A DNA stretch of 64,000 bases from Paraphysomonas bandaiensis (GCA_965644295.1 CBFFRP010000068.1:1-64000); one strand, 5' to 3'; numbered from the stretch's first letter, positions 34,034-48,810 are shown. Notes: generated by a model not told the origin, from the letters alone. Made by a program: numbers and translations.

Positions 34034-35460
34034 ACATGCATATCTAGCTGTGGATATCACCGACAGCCTCGTATCGCTCGTATCGCTCGTATCTATCTAA
34101 CATTGTGAACATGAGTAACATGATGAACATATCATAATACTATGAAATCAACTGCAGTGTGTATGAGAAAAGTTGATAACAGGGAAAATTGGCCTCTGAG
34201 TTTATGTAATGCTTGACAGTATTAGCTAAAGGACTAAACCTATTGAACAATGAGCAGAAACCACGTTGGCGAATCAGTCTATTTCCTACAGAAAATGGAA
34301 GAGTAATTGAAAGTGTTCAGATGAAGGAGTTGAACTACGCGTTATTGTTGATTTATTGGGTCAGGAAAATTACGACAATTTTCAGCAAAAGTAAAAGCCT
34401 CTAAGAAATACATTGTCCTATCTGATATCTGGAAGGTTTACCTAGTAGGTCTATGTCTATGTCTATGTTCATTTATTCTAGCGTTCTAGACAACCTTGGA
34501 TCGACTGCCGATGGGTTGCTACTTCTGCTTTATGGGTTAGTCACAATTACTCTATCACATAAGTGTGGCATCGATAATAACTCCATGAAGTTAAATTGAA
34601 TTCTGATTAATTCTAAACATTGTACTAGTTCTACCGACCTACACATATAGGTGAGTATAGGGTCACACTACAAATGTGAAACTCATGAACCGTGCACATG
34701 ATCAATGCATCAATAGATGTAGAAGCTGAATTAAACATCAAGGGACATAGAAATAATTACAATGATACTGGTTCAACTGTCATGAAGTATGTCTGAACTA
34801 TAATTATATATGTGTGTCATTCTGTCAACACTATGCGTTTTGGAAATGGTTCATACTAGGGACTATGACTGTAAATTGTAAATGGCCTTACGGTGTTCAC
34901 TTGGCTATAGCAATAATGAGTGAATCTGATAATATGATGTAATGTTAAGTTTAGAGCAAGCTGCTCTAATGAGCTACTCAGAGAGTTAGTTCATAACATA
35001 CTGTATAGTTAATATAATACTGCTGCGTTTAATTTCTTTGTGAATAAACAATAAACTTTGTTGGCAGTTGTTGGCAACTAGGCATTTTTCGGTGGAAAAC
35101 TTATGAGTGTATCTGAACCAGATACAAAGTAAAGATACAATTGTAGGCGGGAGGTGATTACACAGGATGGTTACGGGAATGGCATGCGGTTTGCAGAATA
35201 TAAGACTTATCCTTAACACACTTTGCTCGATATACTCTCCAACAGAATGTACTATACCAACTCAATAGTTTGACGGCGAGTTTCGAGATGCGCACGGTTA
35301 CATATATATAGTGATTTCTACACTCATTAAGAGACAGCAAGCAGAGAGTACCAGGAAGAAAATAAATCTTATTATGTATGCAAGAGGTTTACCAAATCTC
35401 CAAGCCGCACAGTATTCAACCTGCTCATTACTACACTATATACTCATACTTCAAAGTTTC

Positions 35461-36142
35461 TTACTCTTTTGAATTCGCGGCATTAAACATTTTATCATAG
35501 AAATAGTGGGTCGCAAAGCAAGGGAGTGCACAGTATCCGACCACAGGGGAAGCCATCCAGGGGTTGGGACGACAAGCCATTGCCACTAGTCCAACAGCAG
35601 CTCCACCGGCAAATGAGTTAAAGGGGTCATGCGTACCACGGATTACTTTCACGCACTGCTGTGCACCAGCAAAAGTAGCACCCACAGCGAACCCTTTGAG
35701 CTTTACAAAAAAATCAAACGAGTACAGTAGCAAACTTAATTTCATAAATATACATAACAATCAACTCATACCACTCTACAAATATCAAATTCATTCAAAA
35801 ACATAACTTACCCCAGTCTTAAGTACTTCCGCAGCAACTTCTCTTGGGCGGAATACTAATAGCAACAAGCAATTATATATGAGATGATAACATGCACAGT
35901 ACAATGATAGTTAATTACCATTCACTCCAGGCTGAGGGACGTAATAGTATAATATATTACGCATTTCAATAAATTGTCCAGTAAGTTGACCCAATAATCC
36001 CCATTGCCATAGAGCACTGTAATTAAGTGTAGTGGGTGACTCACGTGGTTTAAATTGAAAAAGAGGAAATCTTTGCTGAGCCCTACATATACATAACTTA
36101 ACAATGATATATAAGAGATGTATTTATAATGGTAACTTACAT
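35461..36142 (-). CDS. Tim17/Tim22/Tim23-family mitochondrial inner-membrane protein (4 exons)
   Basis: Spliced MAQQRFPLFQFKPRE...WGLLGQLTG...EVLKTG|LKGFAVGATFAGAQQCVKVIRGTHDPFNSFAGGAAVG (R-x3-DPxN-x3-GG motif). Confidence 0.8.
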
Positions 36143-36292
36143 TATATTATTTTTTTGTAGTAAGGATAGATAAGTCTAGTGTATATAGATGAGGTTATGG
36201 TCAACTTAATGCTGCCAGAGAAATGACTATAAGGAGCATGCGCTTGTGTCACTGTTTTATTTTGCACAAACACGGACCAAATACACCACCCC

Positions 36293-36610
36293 ATGTATGT
36301 ATGTATGTACGTATGTATGTATGTATGTATGTATGTATGTATGTATGTATGTATGTATGTATGTATGTATGTATGTATGTATGTATGTATGTATGTATGT
36401 ATGTATGTATGTATGTATGTATGTATGTATGTATGTATGTATGTATGTATGTATGTATGTATGGATGTATGTATGTATGTATGTATGTATGTATGTATGT
36501 ATGTATGTATGTATGTATGTATGTATGTATGTATGTATGTATGTATGTATGTATGTATGTATGTATGTATGTATGTATGTATGTATGTATGTATGTTTGT
36601 ATGTATGTAC
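36293..36610. repeat. (ATGT)n microsatellite, ~80 units
   Basis: Direct reading; lies between divergent genes. Confidence 0.97.
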
Positions 36611-36689
36611 GTGCTTCTACAGGTATATATATTTAAAGTAAGTTATCACAATATCAGTGTATTCAATCTAACACTACACACATTCAAAT

Positions 36690-37424
36690 ATGACCGACAA
36701 TGACCCATCAAACAATCCCCCTTCATCTGAACCTTCTAATAAACCAATTAAACGTAAACGAGAAAAAAGTAACTGTAAATCTGTTGAATTAATGGACTTA
36801 GAGGGGAATGTCTTACAAGTCTATCCAAGTGGTATAGCAATGGCTACAGCACTTGGTATACAACAAGGAGATATTAGTTTATGTTGTCGTGGATTAAAAT
36901 ATAGTGTTGGTAATTATCGTTTTAGATTTCATGGGGATACAGAGGATCAATATGAGGTCATGCAAAGACGTAAGAAAGAGATGAGAGAGCAAGCATTAAC
37001 AGTACCTAAAGAATTAAAAGATTCATTTAATAATCCTGAACCATTATCACGTACAAGACGTAGAACAACAATTAATTATGGTGATATGGGACTTGGAGAA
37101 TATGGGGAAGCGACAGAGTCGGGAGTGACACATCAGAGCACACATACTAAAGGCGCCCCCCCGAATTTAAATAATGTGAAAGAAGTCAAAGTAAGTGATT
37201 TTAGCACGTATATTTGATTAATCTGTTATGCCTAACTTTTATATGTGTACATCCAGGTAAGGAAGTGGAGAAAGGACACCAATGTAAAAGTAGGAAAAGG
37301 AACCTTCACTATTAGTAGATGGGTGCCCCAAGGAGGGACGAATCCGGCTTTCAAGGCCTTTTTGCCTAAGAAAACCAAGAAGAAACGGTACGAGCGGAGG
37401 AAGTCCCACACTTATGACAATTAG
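36690..37424 (+). CDS. Putative nuclear protein: NUMOD1-like HTH plus C-terminal BCL7-like motif (exons 36690-37190, 37257-37424)
   Basis: KSVELMDLEGNVLQVYPSGIAMATALGIQQGDISLCCRGLKYSVGNYRFRF; VK|VRKWRKDTNVKVGKGTFTISRWVP; basic NLS-like tracts. Confidence 0.8.
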
Positions 37425-39382
37425 ATACGTGTTGCTAAGCTGGAGGTGCTGTTGCCCTTCAGTATTTCTGCTGTATGTAATATTTACTAGCTGTATCTAT
37501 ATTGAGGGCGTATAAATATAAAGAACTGAATTGTAGGACTGGTATGGCATGAAATATACCAGTTTGTAATAATTGCGATACGGCACGAGAAATCTTGGAG
37601 AATTTCACACTCCGCGTTTTTGTTTCCTATTCATATGAAGTGCTAATACAAGCCTTCCTCCAATGTATACTGTATACATATATGCTATAGAAAGCCCCGA
37701 TAATTTTATTATTCCTCTAACTGAACTTGAACTCACTTAATATAGTTATATCTAATCATGGGTTATAAGGAGGATATAACGCCCTGTGCTCATAGTTTTG
37801 AAGCGAGGGCTAAAAAGCCAGAGTTTTAAAACTTTGACAAGGGATGATACTCTTTTTGCCTAGGTTTAATAGTAGATTATCACCATGATGTCGTAGACCT
37901 ACTATTTAGTACTTATAATATGTTGCTATCTTGCTGGTAGTGGAAATAGCTATTCCCTGAACAATATTTAGAGAACAAAAAAATTCAAGTATAGTTTCTA
38001 ATCAATTACACCTACACAATAAATGAATGGCAACTATGCTAAACTAAATCCAAACAATAAATTCCAACTGTACCCTATTCCCAGAAGGATGTTGAGGGAA
38101 TGGCAACTGCGAGGTATAAAAACTTGCGGAAGTGAGTTTTCCATGAATGTGAAAAATCTTAGTCGCTAGAAGCTTTTTGCTGTCACTTGTATCATCGTTA
38201 TCATCACAATTTACCCCTTCCATTGCAGCTGACTCAAACGCGTTTATCTTTATAGGGACAACAGAACCTATTTAACGTACAGTTCTGTTACCCATCATGT
38301 GCTTAGATGCAGACTCAACTCCACTTAAAGTGCAGATCACATTCTGGCCATAATTGAGTTTACGTGACAAATCCTTTATATCCTGTGTACATTAATGGTG
38401 TCGGAAGCCCGAAGTCTCGGCAATTCCCATCCCATAGTTTGATCTTAATTGTTTTCAATGAAATTGCTACAATAATTTATCGAAATGTGTTGTAAGCTTA
38501 CAAAAAAATGACCTGCACATCTAGAGGTAACCAGTTGTTGAGAGTACATAACCATACTTCACGAGGAAAATCAGTAATATAATTATCAAGAGATTCAATT
38601 TCAAGCATGCCAGATATTATTTGCCATGTACGGTCTGTGTTTCAAGAGAACTGGCGTGTAGTTAGCAGTGACTTATTTGGTCTGCGGGGCCAGTGCACTT
38701 GTGCGAGTTTTTGTAGTAGAGAGACGCTAATACTGTGCTACAAAGTATACTGTCAAAGTTTGGGTAAATTAATAGCTTTGCTCTTGATTACCGAGATGTT
38801 CCTTTTAAACGAGTAGGCAACTGTAAACATATATTTTCCCATTTACTCTGATTAGTTTCAACATTATCAGATCTCCACGGCCAGTAAAAGCCCTAAAACT
38901 TCCATCTTCTCATTGCTGTTGGTGATTATAATTATATTAATCTGAATACTTCACTTCTTCACTTTCATGTAACATCTGGTACATCACCTGTTCTCAGCAA
39001 CACCTGTTTATCATATGTTCACGAGTCACACCTATATCTTATATAGTCATACATTAATAACTGAATTTAATTCCTTAATAACTGTAATCACCCGTTACAC
39101 CTATGAGTTGACTTAACCTATTGCACACTATTCACTCACTTCAATTGCACACTATTAACTCACTTCAATTGCACAATATATAATATATATCACATCATAT
39201 TGCAGAACTCAACATTATATATACTACAGTTTTCAAGTACTGTATTCTTAAACTACTAAAAGTCAAATACCTAAAAATATATCTATTAAGTGCTTACGGG
39301 CTTACAAGTAAGCAAAACTCAACAAGCATGATATCAACGCACAACAACCTGCTGCAATGTGCATCTAAAGTGATATATATTA

Positions 39383-39463
39383 GTCAACCTAGTCAATTTG
39401 GTTGAATTTCCTAGTCATACTATTTTCGGTGTAAAATCTAGTCAAAGCAATAAATGACTCAAC
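39383..39463. repeat. Isolated TIR fragment of the CCTAGTCA MULE family
   Basis: Matches the reverse complement of ~22660-22745; ends abruptly at CAGGG (39464). Confidence 0.75.
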
Positions 39464-40234
39464 CAGGGCTAAGAAACAACATATTGCAGTACTATTGATA
39501 TAGATAGCGTTCCAACAATACTATTGATGGAGATTTTAAACAGGCTCAACAATACAATTACAATATATTACAATATATTGTCGATATATTGCAATATATT
39601 AGTATGACTAATCAGTAAGTAAACACATCCGTAGATTCCATTTTTAGTATTAGTCATTAAGATCATATGGCAACCAAACCCACAACTGCTTCTTATAGCT
39701 AATAAAAGTTCACCTCGTCCTCATCCTCTGAGCTATCATCATACCTACTAGCCTATTATAGTATTAAACCTAGTCATGAATTGTACTCGCATATAGCTAC
39801 GCATTGCAGGCCTATAGCTACACGATACCTTAACTATAATGTGGTATTTCAATGCATTGCTTTGTCCCAAAATGACATCCATATAAACTATCCTGGTAAA
39901 GAATTATTTTAAAAACGCCAGCTTCTCTTATAGTTGGGCACCCCTTAGTTCCTAGACACTATGATTTTTTCATTTTACAAGCGAATAATCCCAACCAATA
40001 TATATTCAAGCAACCCATACTATATCGTTAGCAGTGGACCTTCATTTCACATTCCAGTATTTTCCCCATACCAACACGACGTATGACACAATAATATGAT
40101 GCCCAAACTAGTTAATACTAAACAAAAATTACACTACACCGAAAACCTCATATCCTAGTTTCACTACCGCTCACACTTTCAGCGCCTCATGCTAAAGTTT
40201 CGCAGCTCTATGGCTTTAGCAGTCACCCAATTCA

Positions 40235-43200
40235 TTATATTGGTACACAGCGACTCTCCCTATTAAAAAACGCGTAATATTATAACATACGAGTAACACA
40301 CCCACTCCATGAACTTACCATATTCTATTCGCTACATGCCGCACCCTATATTCCAAAAAACCCTGCATAGCAACATCTATTAATATGAAAAATTGAACTA
40401 TATTTGATACGCAGGTATGGCAATGTAAATATATACTTACTACTACATATACATAAAAAAGACTCACCATACATAGCTTGGACAACATGTACGCAAGTCT
40501 GGCATCTTTCTTCTCCATCAGCTTAAACTCTCGCTTGCGGAGAGTCATGACTGTGGTATCTACTTTGGCAACTAAAGTACTTGCTCTGGGCTGAAAAAAA
40601 AGAATCAGAGGAGCTTGTATATAACTAGCCACATTATGGACACATAAATGAAATAAACACCACATTCATATTAATTTGATAAAAGGCCTAGCAAATGTAT
40701 CACGTAGCCCACAGCCACTAGACAACATCAGTGAGTAAGCCACGTACTTTGTTATTAATAAGGCCGTATTCCCCAAGGAGGTGTCCACAGCCAATCTCCT
40801 CTGTCGTGCCCGCCTCATCCTCAAGAATACTAATAACGATTCCTTCAACAATCAATATAGCTGAGGTGGATGACTCGCCCTGGTGCCAAAGTGTACTCCC
40901 TGCAGGGTAAGTATTTTCTGGTGAAAAATAAGACATCAGACGGTCTATATCAACTTCCTCATCACGGGTACATAGGAAGTAGAGTTGATGCAACTCTGGG
41001 GGCTTTGAACGAATATGTGGACGATCGCGAAGAGGATCGATTGGGTTTAAATGAGGCGCAACTCGTATTGTCACCTGGTTTTCACACCACTTGAGAGCAG
41101 CATTTAGGTCATTCGATATATGCACCAGAGTTGAGGGATCAACATAACTCACACTAAGAGTTGTATTTCCGGGGATAGTGATAGAATAAGCGGATTTTAT
41201 CGGTGATCGAGCATGGGAGCTCAACTCTGAATGACCTTTTTCCAGTCTGTCTGAAAGTGCAGCCTCGCACGGGAAACCAATATTAGATCCTCGAGCAAAG
41301 CAGACCTAATTGCATAGTCATGCGAGTAATATCGAACAAGTACACAAGCGAAAGTCACACGAAAAAGTATTTCACACCTAGGTACAATATACGAGTACAG
41401 CAACTCACACATCCTACCTTCACTCCGTGCCGTTTACATATCAGAGGTAAACTTGCGATCGTCTCAACCGCACTTGAATCAATTCCGAGAACTAATGTGA
41501 AATCCAGAATCAAACACCATATGCCCCCATTTGATTCCTGGAGTTTCTGCACAATTTCCTCCGACAGAGTGGTTGCATTACCAAAAAAGAGGTTGCCTTG
41601 AAGCTGCATAATATGAATACGTTTGGAATAGACATCTAGCAAAGCAGACATCTCTCTAGATCTTCTGGCATTAGACCGAACAGTTAAAGCACTCATCTGG
41701 CCCCGTAGTGGAGCAGTGTGTTTACTCATCTGAGAGGTGAAAGTCAAGGCAGCCAACACCACCCCTGCACCCAAACCAGCAGTCATGCCATAGGCTGTCA
41801 TAGTCGCTGTGATTATTAATATTGAACCGTATTCGAATATATCAAAGGCTCCGTATGAATCAAATACTGCCTCTGAAAAAAGATCAATACCGACATGAAT
41901 TAGAAGGCATCCCGCCATACATCGGGGAACAAAGTGCACTATAGAAGGCCCAACAAAGAAAAACACTCCTGTCAATAGCGTCAGTAGTAGCCCTGAAATA
42001 CGCCCCCCCCCATTGCATTTGAAATAGAGCAAACTATATACACATAAGAAACTGAGCCAGAGATAAAGAAAAGAATACATTTACGGAATATACAACTTAA
42101 TAATAATCAGTTACACATGCACACAATACACTGGTTTCTTTGAAAATAACGACAGGGAAAATTATATTTAATACATAAATCCCAAAACGTAATGATACTT
42201 ACGAGTTCGAGTAGCAGAGATAATTCTGAAGGCCTCCACCAATCCCAGAGAGAATATTGGATATGCCATGGGCCTTAAGCTCTTTGTTCATGTCCGCATT
42301 GATTTTGGTACTGATTCCCAGAGACGGAATGTTGATGGGTACATGCATTAGGCTGAAAACAGTGAGCGCAATCATCGTCGGAACCAACTTCACTATGACT
42401 CCCCATTGTACAGTTTCGAAGTCTATCAAAGTCCACATTAATTGAAAATCTGTTGGTTCAGATGATTCGAAGAACCATCCGTCTCGGTGCATAGACTCAA
42501 CAGGAATGCCAAGGGCAAAAATAACACCATAAAATATAGGAGGAATTAAGACAAAATAAAAGGGAGGAAGTAAAGGAAGGCGGAATAAAGCCATCAATGC
42601 CCGAAGCAACAATTCACATCCCAGGCTGCTTACCCAAAGAGGATACAGAGAAGGAGATGAGAAAGCCGAAACTGCCTGCCGCGTCCACGTCCACGGACGT
42701 CCTACAGAAACTTCTAAGCCAGTCTGCATAACGAAGACCCCAACTCCCCCAATACACCCGACGATAACGTGACGAGGAAAAAAGTAGACCGAATTACCAA
42801 GCTTGAGGGCTCCTAAGATATAAAAGAAGACTCCCACAAGTATGCTGCTAAGTGCAAATGCTACCAGGACTGTGGAGAAGGACTCTATGCCTTGCCCTTG
42901 ATAAGATACTACGATCTGGGCTATGGTGTGCATAAAGGGGATGTTCTCAACCATCATCATTCCCATCGCACAAGGAAACTCCGACTGAATTGTCATCACC
43001 AGTTGGCAAATGACAGTCGAAAACAAAAACATCTGAATTCCAATCGAACGCGGAACCTCTTCTGGAAACTCCCAATCCTACGTGGACATAATACAGAATT
43101 ATAATAATAAATCAAGATTATATATTGAATTACTATATATACATACGTAACATATATCACTACACACACATATATATACATATACAGGGCATATATATAC

Positions 43201-43589
43201 ATACATATACGTACCGATGGAAAAAATGCTTCTCCAAAACTTAATGATAAGAATAAATTTAATAAAGTAGCAATTAATAATCCAGGAGTACCATAAATAG
43301 TCGCATATAGCCAGTTATAACATGAGTTAGACTTTGTTTCTTCAATTCTATTAAAATCATTATCAGATATGATTTGAAAATCAATATTCTTTGATTCTTG
43401 TTTATTCCAATATTGTCGTAAACCAGGTGTACCACCCCATTGTTCATAATCATCTTGATGTATGTTCATATGTATACCATAACCATTTAATGGACTACTA
43501 CATCCACTTTCAATTTCACTTATATAATCTTCATTCCCTGTATATGAAGATGAAGTATGAAGTAAATGTGTTCTTTCATTTAATTCCAT
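40235..43589 (-). CDS. SulP/SLC26-family transporter with STAS and cNMP-binding domains (Vsb1/YGR125W-like architecture)
   Basis: MMVENIPF, FFPRHVIVGCIGGVG, LMHVPINIPSL, AHGISN, QNYLCYSNS, QLQGNLFFGNA, LDFTLVLGIDSSA, ALKWCEN, LWHQGE, LLGEYGL. Confidence 0.92.
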
Positions 43590-43802
43590 AGTATATTGTT
43601 GTTGAAGTATATTGAAGTGAGTTGAAGTATATTAAAGTGAGTTGAAGAATAAAAAAAAGGATGAAGATTATTATGTTGTAGAGATCATATGAGAATTGTG
43701 TATGAAGTGATATGATGAGAGGATTGGATGTGTCTTATAATAATATAAGATGGAATGAATGAGTTCTGTTTGAATATCTGATACGAAATATTTGCATACA
43801 AG

Positions 43803-43887
43803 ATACATACATGCATACATACATACATACATACATACATACATACATACATACATACATACATACATACATACATACATACATACA

Positions 43888-43921
<34 letters not shown>

Positions 43922-43960
43922 CATACGTACATACATACATACATACATACATACATACGT
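43803..43960. repeat. (TACA)n microsatellite
   Basis: Direct reading; lies between divergent genes. Confidence 0.97.
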
Positions 43961-44308
43961 ATATCGTATATTGTACATTCTATACCTTGAATACCTAGAT
44001 ATTCCAGAATTTCTATAAATATCGGATTTTGAGTCTAAGCAGACATATATTTCCTGATATTTTGTATCAGGCTGTCACTCTCATTCCACCACCAGGAACT
44101 TTAACAACTCCATACATGTACATACATACACCAATTGCCCCTCTCTCTTAACCACACTCTAATACCATACACTAATGGCTTAACTATCAACATAATCTTC
44201 ATTAGTTTCTATTAATTGAATAGATAGTAACTAGCAATACACATATATAACCAGATAGAAGGGCTCCCATATATATATATCCATATCCATATATATATAT
44301 ATATATAG

Positions 44309-46418
44309 ATGTTTGCTATTAAACGAGTTCATTTCCCTCTATATAATCAATCTATAATTAACTCTCAACGGAACTATCTTCATGAAAGATTCCGTTGTAT
44401 ACAAACTATTATTAATAATGATAATACAGATATACGATCTATTCTAAAGGATAGAATCAACCAGGCGATACATGTATCATATGGGAATATCTCTCATAAT
44501 ACTGATACAACTATCATTGCATGTAACTCAGAATATGGTCATTATCAGTGTAATATAGCAATGCGTTTAACTAAATTATTGCGAAAAAAACCAACAGATA
44601 TTGCGAAAACTATTGTATCGAACATTGATCGATCTCTATACATATCCACTGTAGATATTGCGGGGCCTGGCTTCATTAATTTCAGGTTTGAATGATTATT
44701 GAAACGTATTAAATGCCAATATATTATTATTACAAATGTAGGCTATCTGAACAGTATGTACAACAGACACTACAACGTGCATTCTATGATAACGAACATC
44801 GAGTTGGGATCCCGTTATGCAATCCAAAGAAACGCATCGTAATAGATTTCTCATCTCCTAATATAGCGAAGGACATGCATGTGGTACGTCAGTGTTATTT
44901 ATTTACTGTTCTTGTAGAGGCTAAATCGGTTGACAGGGTCATCTGCGATCGACCATTATAGGAGATTGCTTATCGAGAGTGTTATACTTTTTGGGCCATG
45001 ATGTGATTCGTGTTAATCACATTGGTGACTGGGGAACTCAATTTGGTATGCTAATTCATTATTTAAAGCTAGAAGCTCGAGAGACTGGTGTGTCTACACA
45101 CACTCTAGTTAAGAGTGGTGGCCTGGTGGATGTGTATAAGAGGGCTCGTGTGAGGTTTGATAGTGACCCAAATTTTGAGCGTGCCTCCAGGGCAGAAGTG
45201 GTACGCCTCCAATCTGGTGATTCGGAGAGCCTCAAGCTATGGAGTGAAATATGCCAAACAAGTCGGCAGGATTTCTCGGAGATATATTCTTTACTGGGTA
45301 TCGAAGATCTTGTTGAGCGAGGAGAATCATACTACAACGATTCACTACCCGGGGTAGTCGAGACTCTACTTGAGTGTGGAGTGGCAGAGAAATCTGATGG
45401 GGCAGTTTGTGTTTTTGATAGGGGTGCGAAGCAGCCCACTCCGTTATTAATTCAGAAATCTGATGGAGGATACTTGTACGGTACTACTGATTTGGCAGCG
45501 GTGAAACATCGTTGTGAAGTCGAAAAGGCTGAGAGATGCCTCTACGTCACTGATACCAGTCAATCAGAACATTTTCGGACCGTGTTTTCTGCTGCCAAGA
45601 GGGCAGGATTAGCACCACCGAATGTGTCTCTTGAACATGTTCCTTTCGGCTTGGTGCTTGGAGAGGACAACAAGAAAATTAAGAGCAGAGCTGGGGAGTC
45701 GGTACGTCTTCGAGACCTTTTGGATGAGGCCATTGAGCGTGCAAAGAGGGACCTTATATCAAGGCAGTCTGAAGAACATCGATGGCCTGATCATAAAGTT
45801 GATGCTGTCGCACGAGCTGTAGGTATAGGTGCCGTGAAGTATGCTGATCTCTGTATGAACCGCGAAGGCAACTACAAATTTTCGTTTGATAAAATGCTCT
45901 CACTGAGTGGGAATACGGCCCCATACATGTTGTACGCATATGTTAGGGTGCGTGGCATACAACGAAGAGTGCAAATGGAGTCCCACGTGAATGATCAGTT
46001 AGTGGGAAAAGATAGAGAGCTAGATCTAACGTTTTCCACTCCAGAGGAGATGGAACTGGCTGTGAGTCTGACAAGATTTAGAGAAGTGATAGAAGAAGTT
46101 GGGGATAAGCTGTACCCTAATCGGGTAAGTTCCCATATCTATTGACGTCGTTTAATGCTAACGGTATGGCTCTACGTAGCTGTGTGACTACATGTTTGAT
46201 TTGTCACAACGATTCAATATATTTTATGAAAGGTGCCCAATTCTTCACGTTGAAGAAGTGTCAATCAGAAAGTCACGGTTAGCACTCTGTCAGTTGACTG
46301 CGGGTATGTGATATTTGATTTCTTGTAACGTGAATATTAATGCTGCATTACTTTTATTGTAGACACTCTTCGACTGGGGTTAGGTTTACTAGGGCTGGAG
46401 ACGGTAGAAGAGTTGTAG
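44309..46418 (+). CDS. argS: Arginyl-tRNA synthetase, probably organellar (multi-exon)
   Basis: GHYQCN, AGPGFIN, DFSSPNIAKDMHV|GHLRSTIIG, NHIGDWGTQFGMLI, RGESYY, KSDGG, KIKSR, VKYADL, GNTAPY; N-terminal presequence. Confidence 0.95.
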
Positions 46419-46737
46419 TGCTGTGTGAATAATTTGTGGAGTATAATAATTTTTAATATATAGATTGACTTATTTGGAGTTAATTGGCTACAACCTACGC
46501 CACTTACTTGTTACGCAGCGCTGCTAAATAATAAATAATAGTTGAAATAAATTTACTTACACAAAGAAAGGAAGTATATGTCTGCCTGTTACGACAACAA
46601 CTTGCCCAAAGTTACCGTTAACTATGCTGCTCGAAACGTATCCTTATCTCATTGATTAGATCGATGACGTACATCAACGAGCTACGTGCAGATTGATAAA
46701 TACTTTAACATAGTTATTATTATCACAGATAATTCTG

Positions 46738-48412
46738 CTATGCCTTGCTTGATTTACTATTCGTTACGCCCTCTGAAGCAGATGAGCCCCTACTACTGTC
46801 GACATTGTCAGCATGCGTAGTACTAGCAGCTGACTGAACATGCTCTACATTAGGTTTCGCTGTATTTTCTTCTGACAGACTAGGACGCACTGCAAACGTT
46901 AAATATGCAGTATGTCCCTTCATTGACGGTATCGGTCGAGCTACTGATGTCGGAATGGGAGGAAACTGTCTGACGACGTATTTATTTCTTCTGCGTCGGT
47001 CTTCAACCTGTTCTCCAGATTCTTCCGCCCCTTCTTTCTTCGTCGAATTAACACCGTCATTCTCTAATCCAGCAGTCTCTACGTCTCGCTTTCTCCGGGA
47101 CATTTCCCCATCTGATGTTACTTTTTCGTTCTCTCCTTCACTCATCTCTGTACTTGAATTTGCCTCATTTAAGGCATCTGTGCCCATCTTGTCACTCTCC
47201 TCCTTTTGTTCGCCACTTGTACTTCCATCAGTCTGCGTGTCGTCTGGCTGACCAAGGTCGGGAACTTCCATTTGAACAACCCTACACACAGGTGTATTAA
47301 AATAAAGATCTCAAACATTACAATCAAACCTCTACCCAATACACACATCAATAATTCTCAAGAGTTTCATTGAATATACATATAACGCTACATCAAACAA
47401 TACATATAGATCACCTAGCATCGAATGGCCGTCTGCGCAACTCTACCATGCGAATGGAGTAGAACTCCTCTGCCCTCAGTGCATCACATGTTTTCATAAC
47501 CTGTTCTATGCATGGAGAATACGAACACAAGCTTCTTCCAGGTTTCAAAACGTCCTTGGCATACCGCACAGCTTTCCATGGTTCTGGGAGGTCTAAGAAT
47601 ACCGCATCCGCACTACACGCGGCAACGCCATCAAAGCCCCCGTACTCTGTGGAAGACTCGGCGGAGTGCTCAGGACGAGGGGGTGCGCACACATCTTTGC
47701 ATCTCACAGTGATAAGGTCAGAAACCCCCAGTCTGATGTATACATAAAAGTAGGAAGACATTAAACAAATAATCACAAGTCAGTAGTAATTACGTTGCAA
47801 ATTCTTTTGTTGCTTCCTCAGCTCTTCGAGCATTATACTCGTACGAGTTTACATGACCATTAGGCGCAACAGCTCGAGCAAGAGAGAGTGACATATTCCC
47901 AGATCCTGTGCCGCTTTCTACTACCTATTATACAGTCATTTTACTTTAAAAAATGCTCGTATAAAGGATATACACGTATAAACTCTATACATATGTAACT
48001 ACATTATACATAAACAATATATACATACATAACATCACATATAACCTCATATACACCATTATATACAATACTCTCTTACCGTACACCCAGGAAATACATC
48101 TAAACAAAATGTAACATAACTAGCATCGGAATCATCCACTATTTGAGTACGTGTATTCATTGCTTCACTCCATAATTCAGGTGTTGGTTCTAATGCATAT
48201 ATCCATCCAGAACCTGATTTTGAATATACTTTACTACCAAAATATTTTCCAATAAAATCATTATGATGAAATGAACCAAATTTATTATCTAGTATATGAT
48301 CAGGTGATAGTATAATATAATCTAAAGAGTTATGACTGAGATATATGATAACTAAATCACCTGATTTCATAAGTTTTTCATTATATCTATGATTAGATGA
48401 TATAAAATTCAT
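46738..48412 (-). CDS. TRM61: tRNA (adenine-58-N1)-methyltransferase catalytic subunit (Gcd14/Trm61)
   Basis: [49 protein letters not shown]. Confidence 0.93.
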
Positions 48413-48539
48413 TTGATTGTTATATTTATAATAGAAAGGAATGTAATTGTTGATATATAGTGATATGAATGGAGTATATGGAGACCATTAAATAACTTAG
48501 CATGGTATGCTATCTAAACACCACAACTCTCTATATGTC

Positions 48540-48810
48540 GATCTAGTGGATCCAGTGAAATATGTCGTTCAAAATACCCTTTTTTTATATCAATAAATGG
48601 CCTCATCATACAAATAATGTACATATATAAATGTAAAAAAATTATCAGGCAAAAAAATCGGATTTTTCTAGTTTTTTGTGTAATATATTGGTCATCAAAA
48701 AACAGTATCCATCAAAAAAGCCTGGTATTCCCACAGACAACCTCTGTATGTGTGTACCAATGGTGTTCACACATAGCCAGATGCGTATGTTGGGCTGTTG
48801 GGCATATCTG
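48540..48810. repeat. Diverged repeat family C (related to 52850-53110 and ~3480-3545)
   Basis: Shared words ATATTG.TCATCAAAAAACAGTAT, AATATGTCG, GTATTCC. Confidence 0.45.

Noticed and set aside
36223-36703. MYVC-repeat ORFs (also 3567-3899 and 43671-43998)
   Set aside because: Translations of (ATGT)n microsatellites, which contain no stop codons
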